Below are positions 51,301-62,491 of a stretch of 64,000 nucleotides of DNA, piece after piece. The DNA is from Mustelus asterias (lineage: Eukaryota). Numbering within the stretch: position 1 is the first letter of the stretch; each line of letters opens with the position of its first letter. Below the pieces are notes generated by a model. It saw only the letters and a list, made by a program, of their open reading frames with translations, was not told the origin of the DNA and did no database searches. The stretch is from positions 62,001-126,000 of the forward strand of contig NW_027590623.1 in NCBI RefSeq assembly GCF_964213995.1, given 5' to 3'. Both the position numbers and the translations under genes were made by a program.

Positions 51301-54300
51301 AAGATTACTACATTGAAGGTGTGAGGCCTCATCACTTTCTGTCTGGTTTAGTTTTGTAATCTTTACATGTTTAAACACTGAAACCTCGTGCCCTTGTTGA
51401 GAATATCACTGCGGTTTGAGAAAAGCAAACACTGATCCCGCACTAAACACCCCCCCAACACAGGACTGAGCAGAGTGTGTGAAATGTGACTGGTGTGAAT
51501 GTGGATTGTCTTTTAAAAGTGGGTAAGAAACACTTCATTTTCAAATCTTTACCCTGCTTCTGTAGCGTCTCGGATTCCACCTAATCTGCACATCTTTGGA
51601 CTGTGGAAGGAAACCGGGGCACCCGGAGGGAACCCACGCAGACACAGGGAGAATGTGCAAACTCAACTCCCAACCGAGAATTGAACCCGGGTTCCTGGTG
51701 CTGTGAGGCAGCAGTGCTAAACACTGTCCACCATGTAGCCCTATCCCATGTATTGGGACACGGTGAAAAGTTTTGTTTCTTGCACGCGACACAGACAAAA
51801 CATACCGTTCATCGAGTCCATTCGGGAGAAGGAGAGGAGAGGGTGCAGAATACAGTGTTGCAGTTACCGATAGGGTATAGAGAAAGATCAGCTTAATGTA
51901 TGGTAGGTCCACTCAAAAATTAACATTCTGACCAAACACTAAAGCTTTCCACAAAACAAGGCTCACAAATTCAACACCACTTTCCTTTGTCCGCTCTCCC
52001 ATCATGCTGTGCGCGGAGGCTCTGATCGATGCTAAGGGCCTAGTATTTGAGGCTCTGAGCTGAACCCACAATCTGTCTGATTCTGAGGGAAGATTACTGC
52101 CACTCAGATACAGCTGGCTGCAATATCCCCTTGAAATATATCTGTTGTGTACAGAGCCACATGTTTTTTTTTCCCTGTGTCTGCTGTCCTCAAAGAACTA
52201 TTGAATAATCTAAACATCCGCATTAATTATCACAGAACAAGGCCAACATGGGGGAATCGAGTATCAGGTTTAAAAGTTTATTTATTAGTGTCACAAGTAG
52301 GGTTACATTAACACTGCAATGAAGTTACTGTGGAAAATCCGTAGTCGCCATGCTCTGGCGCCTGTTTGGGCAACTTGGGGAGAATTTAGCATGGCTGATA
52401 CACCTAACCAGCGCGTCGTTCGAACTGTGGGAGGAAACCGCAGCACCCGGTGGAAACCCACGCAGACACGGGGAGAATGTACAAACTCCACACTGACAGT
52501 GACCCAAGCCAGGAATCAAACCCGGGTCCCTGGCGCTGTGAGGCAGCAGCGTTAACCACTGTGCCGCCCCTCATCGAAACATTGTGCAGTTGTGGAATGC
52601 ACAGGATAGGAGGGATGTGATAGCACTGGAAAAGGTGCAGAGGAGATTCACCAGGATGTTGCCTGGCCTGGAGAGTTTTAGTTCATAGAATCATAGAATC
52701 CCTACAGTCCAGAATGAGGCCATTCGACCCATCAAATCTGCACGGACTCTTACCCAAGCTTACCCCGTAACCCCACGTATTTTCCCGCTAATCCCCCTAA
52801 CCTATACATCGCGGGACCCTCAGGGCAATTTTGCATGGACAATGCACCCGGAGGAAACCCACGCAGACACGGGGAGAATGTGCAAACTCCACACAGACAG
52901 TAACCCGAGGCCGGAATTGAACCCGGGTCCCTGGCGCTGTGAGGCAGCAGTGCTAACCACTGTGCTACCGTGCCGCCACTCGAACTGAAGAGAGATTTTA
53001 TAGACTGAGGGTGTGATCTTACCACCTGTTGATGCCACACTCCCGCTCAGCGAGGTCGGAGAATCTGGTGACCAGCCAAATCTCCTTTCACTGCAGTGGG
53101 ATGGGAAAATCCTGCCGGCCTGAACGGTGATAAGATTCCACCCTGGGGTTGTTTTCCGTGGAGCAGAGGAGGCTGAGGGGGAACATGATGGAGATGGATA
53201 AGATTATGAGGGACATCGATAGAGTAGACGGGAAGAAAGCTTTCCCCTTGGTGGTGGGATCAATGACCAGGGGGTATAGATTTAGGGTAAGGGGCAGGAG
53301 GTTTACAGGGGATGTGAGGAAAACCTTTTTCACCCAGAGGGTGGTGGGAGTCTGGAACTCTCTGCCTGAAAGGGTGGTGGAGGCAGAGACCCTCAGAACG
53401 TTTAAGAAGTGCTTAGCTATGCATTTGCAATGCCAAGGCTTACCAGGCCGTGAGCCAAGTTGGGTGGTTTGTTTTTGACCGGCACAGATGCAATGGGCCG
53501 AAGGGCCTTTTCTGTTCTCTGGACCTCCATTGCTAAAACACAACCTCACTGACCCAGCTTCTGGTCATCCATCCAAATCTCTCCCTCCGCAGCTCGGGGA
53601 CAAATCCTGCCGCGCAATCTTCCTTTGAAGTGCCTTTGGACATTTCATTCTCCGTGATGACTTGTCCGGATAGTGGCTGCTGTTGTTGTGTTTGTCTCAG
53701 TGTCAGCTCAGAAACATGGACAACATGTTAGAAATGGCCGTCTCCCAGTGAGTGTGAGGACAGGGCAGGCTTTGAGCGAGGCCTGGGCCGCTCCCTGAAG
53801 GACACAGGGCCACCATTGTGCTTTTTGCTGACAAACAGAAAGCTTTCACCCCTCTCTCTCTCTCTCTCTCTCGTGTCTCATCTCACTCACATTCTGCCCC
53901 TTCCATTCACTCTGTGCTGCTTTCTGGAGGAGGCTGCCAGCTTTATCCGCCACAGAGCATCTGCCAACAAGAACATCAGATGAAACCTTCCATTCCCCAA
54001 GTCCCTCTTTCCTCTCTGCTCCTCGCTGTCTTTCCGGAGGAAATGGGATGGGAAGCTGATGGGAAAAGATTTGCAGGGCTCCAGGGACAAGGTGGAGCAG
54101 TGGGACTGGCTCGATTGCTCTAGCAGAGAGTCGACACCAGCTGAATGGGCTGAATGGCCTCCTTCATTCTGTGGCTATTCTATGGTTGACACACAATAGA
54201 TAGTCAATATATTTTCCCAAAGGTAGGGGAGTCTAAAACTCGAGGGCATGGGTTTAAGGTGAGAGGGGAGAGATACAAAAGTGTCCAGAGGGGCAATCTT

Positions 54301-55823
54301 TTCACACAGAGAGCGATGAGCGTCTGGAACAAGCTGCCAGAGGTAGTAGTAGAGACGGACACAATTTTATCTTTTAAAAAGCATTTAGACAGTTACATGG
54401 GTAAGATAGATGTAGAGGGATATGGGCCAAATGTGGGGAATTGGGACCAGCTTAGGGGTTAAAAGAAAAAGGGCAGCATGACAAGTTGGGCCAAAGGGCC
54501 TGTTTCCATGCTGTAAACATCTATGACACTGTGACAACTTGTCATTTGGGTCTCAACTTCAAGTTTCTAGGTGTCCAGATCACCAACAACCTGTCCTGGT
54601 CCCCCCATGCCGACACTATAATTGAGAAAGCCCACCAACACGTCTACTTTCTCAGGAGGCTGAGGAAATTTGGCATGTCAGCTACGACTCTCACCAACTT
54701 CTACAGATGCACCATAGAAAGCATCCTTTCTGTATCACGGCTTGGTATGGTTTCTGCTCTGTCCAAGACTGCAAGAAATTACAAAAGGTCGTGAATGTAG
54801 CCCCGTCCATCACGCAGACTAGCCTCCCATTCATTGACTCTGTCGACACTTCCCGCGGCCTTAGAAAAGCAGCCAGCATAATTAAGGACCTCATGCACAC
54901 ATTCTCTCTTCCACCTTCTTCCATCAGGAAAAAGATACAAAGTCTGAGATCACGTACCAACCGACACAAGAACTTCCCTGCTGCCCTCAGACTTTTGAAT
55001 GGACCTGCTACATATTAGATTTATCTTTCTCTACACCCTACCTATGACTGCAACACTACATTCTGCACCCTCTCTTTTACTTCTCCCCGATGTACTCTAT
55101 GAACGGTATGTTTTGTCTGTACAGCATACAAGAAACAATACTTTTCACTGTATCCCAATACATGCGACAGTAATAAATCAAATCAAATCAAAATCCTCCC
55201 AATTCTTTCCTCCACGATAGGTCGCAGCATTTAAAGAACACGCCCAGGGCCCAGTGCTGAGTCTGAGGGTATCTGACTACAGTAAGGTGAGTGATACAGG
55301 AGGGTCTCACTGTCTGAGGGAGGTGAGTCTTAGCCGGGGGGGGGGGGGGGCGTGAGTGACCCAGGTTAATCTGACACTCCAGGGACAGTTGGAATGGAGC
55401 TTTCCCCCGGGCTGTCCCCTCCCCGTGTCTGCGTGGGTTTCCTCCGGGTGCTCCGGTTTCCTCCCACAGTCTGAAAGATGTGCTGGTTAGGGTGCATTGG
55501 CCGTGCTAAATTCCCCCTCAGTGTAACCCGAACAGGCGCCGGAATGTGGTGACTAGGGGATTCTCACAGTAACTTCATTGTAGTGTTAATGTAAGCCTAC
55601 TTCTGAGACTAATAAATAAACTGAAACTGAAGGTCAAGGTGCTGCTGTGACAATGCACTCTTGTTTAAACACTCTGCAATGCTGAGACTGGGAGAAGTGA
55701 CCACCAGGGGGCAGCATTGCAGCTTCTGTCCCCCTATTGAAACTGGGATTGTTGCTCCATCTGCTGCACAATCCCAACCCCATCCACTGGGGGCAATCTG
55801 GACAATGGCTGCAGACAGACCTC

Positions 55824-56290
55824 ACTGCGCACGCGCCGCAATGACACCCACCGCCGGCGGCCATCTTGCGTTGCCAAGGGAGACGGCCAGCGGCCATATT
55901 CCGTTGCCAAGGGAGACGGCGGCGGCGACCATCTTGCGTTGCCAGGGGAGACGGCATCAATGCGGCGGCGTCCGCGCGCGCTGACCTCTGGGAGCATTCC
56001 CGTCCCGCACATGCGCACAGATAGCCCCGCCCCCTCGACTGACCCCCCCCCAGTTGTCCCGCCAACGAGCATGGGGCCGGGCCGGAGTGGGCAAGAGGTG
56101 ACACTGGGGAGGAGCAGCCCCCCCCTGGGAGCGTTACAGCGACGCCTGGTGGCCAGGAAGGGCAATAGCAGCAGCACAGTCTCTGCCCAAAGGCTTCCCC
56201 AGTTCAGCTGCTCAGAGACACTGGGAATGTCTTCAAGTGGAAACTTCAGCTTCTCACATTCACCCCCTGTGTTCAGTCATTGTTTCCTAG
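55824..56290. promoter_or_regulatory. CpG-island promoter-like region, third copy, truncated inside the distal X-box
   Basis: Paralog of 7640-8102; ends GTTTCCTAG|ACAAAG. Confidence 0.65.
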
Positions 56291-57161
56291 ACAAAGCAGT
56301 GAAGAACATTGGGAGAACATGCTTCCAGCTTAAGAATTCCACAAAATCAGCAGAATTGTAAAATTATGTCAACTCTTGTACTCTGATGTGAAGAAGTAAT
56401 TTTATATCATGGGCAGTCCTCATTTATTGGGAGACTAAGAGGCGTTACCCAATGACAGGATTGGCTTGTTTCTCAGTGTTGTCAAGAATTGGCCACCGAA
56501 CAATATTGGTTGTAGCCCAATAACTTTACCTGCTCCTGCCTGTCTTTCTCTGCGCCTCTGGGTCTCTGTTCACCTCGGTGTCCATCCTGCACTCTCAATA
56601 TTTTGGCGGCTAATGTCTGTCTCCTCTCTCTGTGTCTCAAAGCCCCTCTCTCCCTCAACCGTTTTCCAGCAACGTGCAGAATTTAGAACATGCAATTTCT
56701 CCCAGTCTCCTATTTCAATAAATTCCCCAAGTCCCATTAGGGGACAGCTGATATGTTAGCCAAAATATCATCATGACAACTCTGAGGAAAGTTTAAAATT
56801 GAAGCAGGTGCACTGCAATCCGACAATCTGTCAGATAAATGTGAGGTTGGACTCAAATTTACATCCTTTCGATGTGTGGAGAGAACTTTAATAAGAGATC
56901 GAATCTTAGCAGTATTGCTGTGGTTTCAAATGTTGTAACACGAATATAGTTTAACAGAAAGGCCTGGAACATTCAAAACAGATAAAGCAATTAATTGATG
57001 AGGATTCAGACTGAAGTTCGTATTAGTTCCGTGCATGAGTCCACCTGAATTTAAGTATATTATAATAAGAATCATGAGAACAAGAAAAAATACAGCAGCA
57101 AAATCCTGCAACAAGATCTTCCAGTAATCTGAGAATTCACTGATCTCCCATTTACCTCACA

Positions 57162-57180
57162 TCACCACCAGAGGGCGATC
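57162..57180 (+). promoter_or_regulatory. CTCF motif upstream of the first V segment
   Basis: TCACCACCAGAGGGCGATC. Confidence 0.65.
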
Positions 57181-57295
57181 CCTCACCGTGTTTTTGTGTT
57201 CACTGTTTCAGGAGCAGGTTCCATAACACATGGATATGTTGGGGAGCCATAATCCAAGAGAACAGGATGAATTATTCAATTACACGGTTAAAGGA

Positions 57296-57476
57296 TAGAG
57301 AGCAGTAATGCAGGAGAACTCTGCTTTAATTGTTGGAATACACAATGATATGTAGCAGAGCAGAAATATAAGAGAACTGCATTGCTTGTTGGAATACACA
57401 GTGATATGTCACAGAGCAGTAATCAAGGAGAACTGCATTAATTGTTAGAATACACTGTAATATTTACAGAGCAGAT
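57296..57476. repeat. Degenerate ~55-bp tandem repeat, ~3 units
   Basis: CAGAGCAGTAAT...GAGAACTGCATTAATTGTTGGAATACACAGTGATATGT recurring. Confidence 0.75.
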
Positions 57477-58100
57477 ATGGATGCTAAATTTGCAGACAAC
57501 ACAAAGATAGGTAGGAAGATAAATGGTGAAGTAAATGTGAAGATACGATAAAGAAACATAAATAGGTTAAGTGAATTGGCAAAGCTCCGCCAAATTGAGT
57601 ATAATGTGGTCAAATGTGAAAATGTCCATATTGGCAGGATGAATATAAAATACACTTAATATTTAAACGGTGAAAGATTACAAAATTCTGAGGTACAGAG
57701 AGATTGGGCTGTCCTAGGGCACGAATCGAAAGGGGCTAAGGTACAGGTATAGTAATTAATTAAAAACGTCATAAAATATGATCATTCACTACGAGGGGAT
57801 CTATTATAAAATAGGAAGGGTATGTTTCCGTTGTACGGGGCATTGGTGAGACCACCACCTGGAGTATTGCGGACAATACGTATCTCCTTATCTAAAGAAA
57901 GATGGTAATGCGTTAAAAAACGTTCAGAGAAGGTTTGCTGTAATAGTATCCAGGTACGTGCGGGTTATCTGTATCCGCGGTAAGAATATTGATGTTGGGT
58001 TTGTATCCACTTGAGTTTCGAAGACTGAGAGATAACTTCATTGAAACCTTTAAAACCATAAGGGGTATTAACGGTGTGGATGTGGAGCGGCTATTCCCTC
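57476..58100 (+). mobile_element. Old CR1-type LINE fragment
   Basis: GCTAAATTTGCAGACAACACAAAG (KFADNTK) and LGLYPLEFRRLRDNFIETFK. Confidence 0.8.
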
Positions 58101-58203
58101 GTGTCCGTGTTGTAGCTGTACTGGGTATTTCTGGGTCTTTATATTTCTCGGCGTGTGTATATCTGGGCTCTTGTTTCTGCGTCTGTTCCCAATGCGGTTG
58201 TAA

Positions 58204-58222
58204 TGTCCACGGGAGGGCGCTC
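58204..58222 (+). promoter_or_regulatory. CTCF-like motif in the V1 promoter
   Basis: TGTCCACGGGAGGGCGCTC ~190 bp upstream of the leader; TATAAAA at 58279; conserved in the V3 promoter. Confidence 0.6.
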
Positions 58223-58420
58223 TCTGATCACTTACCGAACATCACAGTTGCCTTCTGCAGAGAGTGACTATTTGCAGATATAAAAATGGGTGGGGAAATA
58301 AACCCCAGCCAATCGCACCACACCTTGTTGACTCTTTCAACTTCTCACATTCCAGGTCCGGTACAGAGAGAGATCATTGCTTCCGTTTCTGGAGCTCAGA
58401 CTGGAACGCTGGGGGTGAAA

Positions 58421-58891
58421 ATGTTCCTGATTCTAGTTATTGCACTGATCCCAGGTCAGTGATTCTGGTCACAGATTGTAAAGTATATCGCAAACCTTGT
58501 GCAATTTCCCTTTCCCAGCGCTGTGTGACTATCGTCTTCCTCTGTCTCCTAACCCGCTGTGCGTCCGCTGTTTATTTTCAGAGATGAGTAATGGAGACTC
58601 AGTGTTCCAGTCAGAACCAGGAGTTGAAGCAGCAGAGGGTGAAGATTCAGCAATACCCTGCAGTTACTCTGTGCCGAGTTCAGCTATACAGCATCACCTG
58701 TTCTGGTATCGCCAGTATCCACACCGAGCTCCTCAGTATCTGCTCAGAGCCGATAGTTATGGGTTTACCGATACGGCTCCCGGCTTTGGACACTTCAGCG
58801 GGAATCTCAACCAGACACAAAGCACTTTTCACTTGTCCATGAAAGATTTGAAGATGAGAGACAGCGCCGTGTGTTACTGTGCACTGAGACC
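58421..58891 (+). CDS. TRAV: TCR alpha/delta-type V segment V1 (family A); leader exon 58421-58454, V exon 58582-58891; open frame, functionality doubtful
   Basis: Spliced MFLILVIALIPE-MSNGDSVFQSEPGVEAAEGEDSAIPCSYSVPSSAIQHHLFWYRQYPHRAPQYLL...DSAVCYCALR; phase-1 GT-AG intron; Cys/Trp/Cys Ig-V core. Alpha vs delta usage cannot be determined here. Confidence 0.9.
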
Positions 58892-58930
58892 CACAGTGAG
58901 TGAGGCTCCCGCGGGCCTCAGACAAAAAGT
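58892..58930 (+). other. 23-RSS of V1
   Basis: CACAGTG (58892-58898), 23-nt spacer, ACAAAAAGT (58922-58930). Confidence 0.95.
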
Positions 58931-59319
58931 GACGCAGACGTTTCAGGGTCAGAGAAAAAGAGTCGGATCTCAACGAAAATGCGCAGAAAATGAAGGCCAC
59001 AATACAGCCCCAGCTGAATAATATTCCCCCCACTGAGCTCAGCCATTGTCAGTGTTGTGAAATGTCACATTTGCCGTCCTATTATTCCCGGATCAAATCC
59101 AACCATTCTCCGACCCCATCCGCACAAAATCTGCAGATTATCCCGGGTGAATAACTTCCTTAATCTGTACTTAGAAAGATTCTGGATTCGGTGCCTATCT
59201 GCCCGGCCACACATTTTAAAAGTGATCTATTGTCAAATGCAGCCTCAGAATTGTCCCATTTTCAAGTCCGTGGAGCAGAAATAATAACTGATTGAAATCA
59301 GAGCTTTTCTATTTGGGGA

Positions 59320-59787
59320 ATAGAGGGGTACAGTGAAGATTTACCATGCTGATTCCTGGGATGGCAGGTCTGTCATATGACGAGAGATTAAATCCGTTAG
59401 GATTATATTCACTGGGGTTTCGAAGAGTGAGGGGATCTCATAGAAACTTATAAAATTCTAACAGGGTTAGACAGGGTGGATTCAGGAGACTGTTCCCAAT
59501 GCTGGAATCCAGAACTAGGCGTCATCTTTTGAAGATAAGGGATAAACTGAGGTGAAGGGAAATCCCTTCATCCAGAGAGTGTTGAATGCATGGAATTCAG
59601 TACCACCGAATGTAGTTGAGGCCAAAACGTTGTCTGATTTCAAGAAGAAATTTGATATAGCTCTTGGGGCTAAAGGGGTCGAGGGATATGGGCGAGGGGG
59701 AAGGGGGATCAGGATATTGAATTCCATGATCAGCTATGATTACGATGATTGGCGGAGAAGGCTCCTGCTTCTAGTTTCTATGTTATG
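59320..59787 (+). mobile_element. CR1-type LINE 3' fragment between V1 and V2
   Basis: FIQRVLNAWNSVP...FKKKFD; absent from the homologous V3-V4 spacer. Confidence 0.85.
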
Positions 59788-59874
59788 AGTCCGTGAAATA
59801 TTTCCTGGTGCAGAGTTGAGTGACGACTTATCCCCGGTACACTTACAGCACTAACTATTGATTATGTTGAGTCA

Positions 59875-60165
59875 TGGCCATTAGGCTCAACGAGCCTGTC
59901 CCGACAACAATCCCACCCAGGCACTATCCCCGTAACCCACATATTTAACCTGCTATCCCCTGACACTAAAGGTAATCTTGCGTGGCCAATCCAGCAAACC
60001 TGCACAGTTTAGGACTGTGGAAGGAAACTGGAGCACCTGAGGAAACCCACGCAGACACGGTGAGAAAGTGCAAACTCCACAGAGGCAGTGACCCGAGGCT
60101 GGAATCGAACCCGCGTCCCTGGGGCTGTGAGGCAGCAATGCTAACCACTGCGCCACCGTGTCGCC
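59875..60165 (-). mobile_element. V-SINE (HE1-like)
   Basis: Minus-strand tRNA head and V core. Confidence 0.85.
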
Positions 60166-60415
60166 CATAAATGATTAAATTAGTTTCACTTTTCACCTGA
60201 ATTAGAAAAAAAGGATCTGCCTTCAGAAAGATTGATGGACTGAGTTCTGAGGAAAGCGAGTTCACCAGTTAATGAGACAGAATAGCTGGTTATGTGGGAG
60301 AGAGCAGAGAGAGAGCAAGGAACTTAGAAATACGTTTACGGCCAGGGAAGGAATGTGATTGGAAAGTGCCAGCTATATTAAATCATTAACTAACAGTGAT
60401 TGCTTCACTGGTTAC

Positions 60416-60740
60416 GGGGCGGCATGATGCCACAATGGTTAGCGCTGCTGTCTCACAGTGTCAGGGACCCGGGTTCAATTCCGCCTTCGGATCACTTTCT
60501 GTATGAAGTTTGCATGTTCTCCCCGTGTCTACGTGGGTCCCCTTCGGCTGCTGCTGATTCCTCCCACAGTCCAAAGATGTGCAGGTTGGGTTGATTGGCC
60601 ATGCTAAATTGACCCGAGTCTCAGGGGATACGCAGGGTAAATACACGGAGTTGCGGGAGTGGGGCCTGGGTGGGATTGTGACCGGTACAGACTCGATGGG
60701 GCGAATGGCCTCCTTCTGCACTGTAGGGATTTTATGATTC
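60416..60740 (+). mobile_element. V-SINE (HE1-like) inserted in the V2 promoter
   Basis: GGGGCGGCATGATGCCACAATGGTTAGC...CCTTCTGCACTGTAGGGATTTTATGATTC. Confidence 0.85.
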
Positions 60741-60742
60741 GC

Positions 60743-60900
60743 AGCTGACGTCAGCTCAGGGAGATGAGCCAATCGCAGCACTGAGAAACGCCTCCCAGTT
60801 TCCTAATAATAGAAGCTGCCTCTGATCTGAGTTGACTCTGTGATATAAGACTAGAGGCAGCAACTTATTGTAAACATTGTCGCTGCTTACTGTCCAATCA
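60743..60900 (+). promoter_or_regulatory. V2 promoter: CRE, CCAAT boxes, TATA
   Basis: AGCTGACGTCAGCT 60743-60756, CCAAT 60769 and 60894, TATAA 60844; homologous layout upstream of V4. Confidence 0.65.
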
Positions 60901-60906
60901 GGAACC

Positions 60907-61344
60907 ATGTGTTCCCTGTGTGCTTTACTGATAATAATGGTCATGCTGCCCGGTGAGTCTGAGCTCAAATCCTCAGTGTGTGTTTCATGGGTTATATTTG
61001 TTCACAGATTTCTCACACATTCTACATTTTGTTGCAGGAATCAATGGCCAAGATTCAGTTTCCCAGGACCCGGCTGAATTAACGGTTCAGGAAGGATTGA
61101 ACGTAACAGTGAATTGTAATTACACAACAAAAAATGCTTTTCCAAATCTCTTCTGGTACATCCAGTATCCCGGGGAAGCTCCGAGATATTTACTGCAGAA
61201 ATATGGCACGGGTGGCGGAGAAAAGTCTCCAGATTTCCCTGACCGGTTTTCGGCTGAATTGGACAAAGACAAGAGAACAGTTCCTTTAACAATCACCGGT
61301 GTCCATGTCTCTGACTCTGCCGTGTATCACTGTGCGCTGAGCCC
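60907..61344 (+). CDS. TRAV: TCR alpha/delta-type V segment V2 (family B); leader exon 60907-60952, V exon 61038-61344; apparently functional
   Basis: MCSLCALLIIMVMLPG-INGQDSVSQDPAELTVQEGLNVTVNCNYTTKNAFPNLFWYIQYPGEAPRYLL...DRFSAELDK...DSAVYHCALS; ACCATG start, G|GTGAGT donor, TTGCAG| acceptor. Confidence 0.95.
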
Positions 61345-61383
61345 CACACTGTTACAGAGGCACAGTCAGCCCGTACAAAAACC
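61345..61383 (+). other. 23-RSS of V2
   Basis: CACACTG (61345-61351), 23-nt spacer, perfect ACAAAAACC (61375-61383). Confidence 0.95.
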
Positions 61384-61744
61384 GGCAAAGGCACTCTCAC
61401 CTCCTCTCACTGAATCAGATCTGTGAGCTGGATTGTAAACTGTTAATATAAACAAGACAATAGCATAACGAAGAGTTAGCCCGAATGCTCTCTTTCCATG
61501 GTGCTGAATGTGCCATTCTATATAAATTCCATTTTTATAGCTGTTTGGAGCAACTCTTCCAATGGAAAACTCTGCCGCTGTTGCCACAACGTTAACCAAG
61601 ATCCATCTGCGTCCTATCTCAAAGATGAACTCCGGAAAATGACCAATATTCGTTTCCATGCCCTCACTTTGTCAAAGAGCGACATCACCATTCGGTCGTT
61701 CCGCTTCTTCGAGTCCAGTTCATTGTCTGAGAACAGATTCTAAT

Positions 61745-61880
61745 GGTTCCGGCTCCTCGCTCTGACGTCATGCATTGGAGAACAAAGACTCTCTGAGCTG
61801 ATTGGATGAAATGTAGGACAGAGAAGCTGTGAGCTGATTGGGTGCCTCCTGCTGGCTCTTTGTCAGGAATGAACCAATCG
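61745..61880. promoter_or_regulatory. Orphan CRE / multi-CCAAT module with reverse-oriented CTCF-like motif
   Basis: TGACGTCA 61763-61770; ATTGG 61774, 61801, 61837; CCAAT 61874; reverse complement GAGCCAGCAGGAGGCACCC 61840-61858. Confidence 0.5.
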
Positions 61881-62284
61881 CCAGTGAGGCCGGATATTAC
61901 TCACCATCTTCTGAACTCTGAACTAAAACAGTTTGAACTCACTGAGTTCAGATCCAGCACCAGCTCGGCGAGACTGCTGTCTGTTAGGTTTTACACATTC
62001 ATCATAGCGGCAACTTTCTTAACTGGTAACTTCCCAAGTTGCACAATGCCCAGCATGCTCGAGATACTGAGATAAAACATCTTCCCTTTTAATTGTTTTT
62101 CCTCGATTGGTAATGTATTCAGTTACCCTGATCACATTTATTCCCCAACAAAGGCGATGATAAAACGCTGGGCCGAATGGCTTCCTTCTGTAGGGGTTCT
62201 ATGATTCTATGATTCTCTGATCTCCATGTGTGTAAATCTTTGCCGTTGGCCTTGTGTGAACCTGCTTCCGATATGCGGCTGTGC

Positions 62285-62303
62285 TGTCCACAGGAGGGCG
62301 CTC
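62285..62303 (+). promoter_or_regulatory. CTCF-like motif in the V3 promoter
   Basis: TGTCCACAGGAGGGCGCTC at the same position as in V1. Confidence 0.6.
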
Positions 62304-62491
62304 TCTGATCACTTATAAAAAGATCACCATCCTCTTCTAAAGGAAGTATCTGTTTGAAGGTGTAAAAATGGACGGAGAGAGGGAGTCACCTTCGACCTCA
62401 TAACATCCCCCTGATTGTTTCAACTTCTCCAATTGCAGGTCTGATGCAGACAGACATCAGTCTCTCCGTTTCTGGTGTTCAGACTCGAACC

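Larger units (their letters stand above)
1..56290. repeat. Tandem segmental duplication array, ~21-25 kb period, three passes visible (1-20828, 20829-45548, 45549-56290 partial)
   Basis: Collinear near-identical sequence at offsets 20828 and 45548 (ORF 319..516 = 21147.. = 45867..; 9898..10305 = 34021..34428). Homology ends at ...TGTTTCCTAG (56290), equivalent to 8102 and 32226. Confidence 0.97.

Noticed and set aside
1-56290. D, J or C segments in the duplicated units
   Set aside because: No FGXG J motif with RSS and donor, no paired RSSs and no Ig C1 exon found by eye; a formal RSS scan could still find weak sites.
57296-57476. CACAGTG/CACAATG within the 55-bp repeat as RSSs
   Set aside because: No nonamer at 12 or 23 nt.
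58270-58277. Ig-type octamer ATTTGCAG in the V1 promoter
   Set aside because: 7/8 match only and not conserved in V3.
61366-61659. 97-aa minus-strand ORF overlapping the V2 RSS
   Set aside because: No recognisable domain and no paralog in the window to test conservation.
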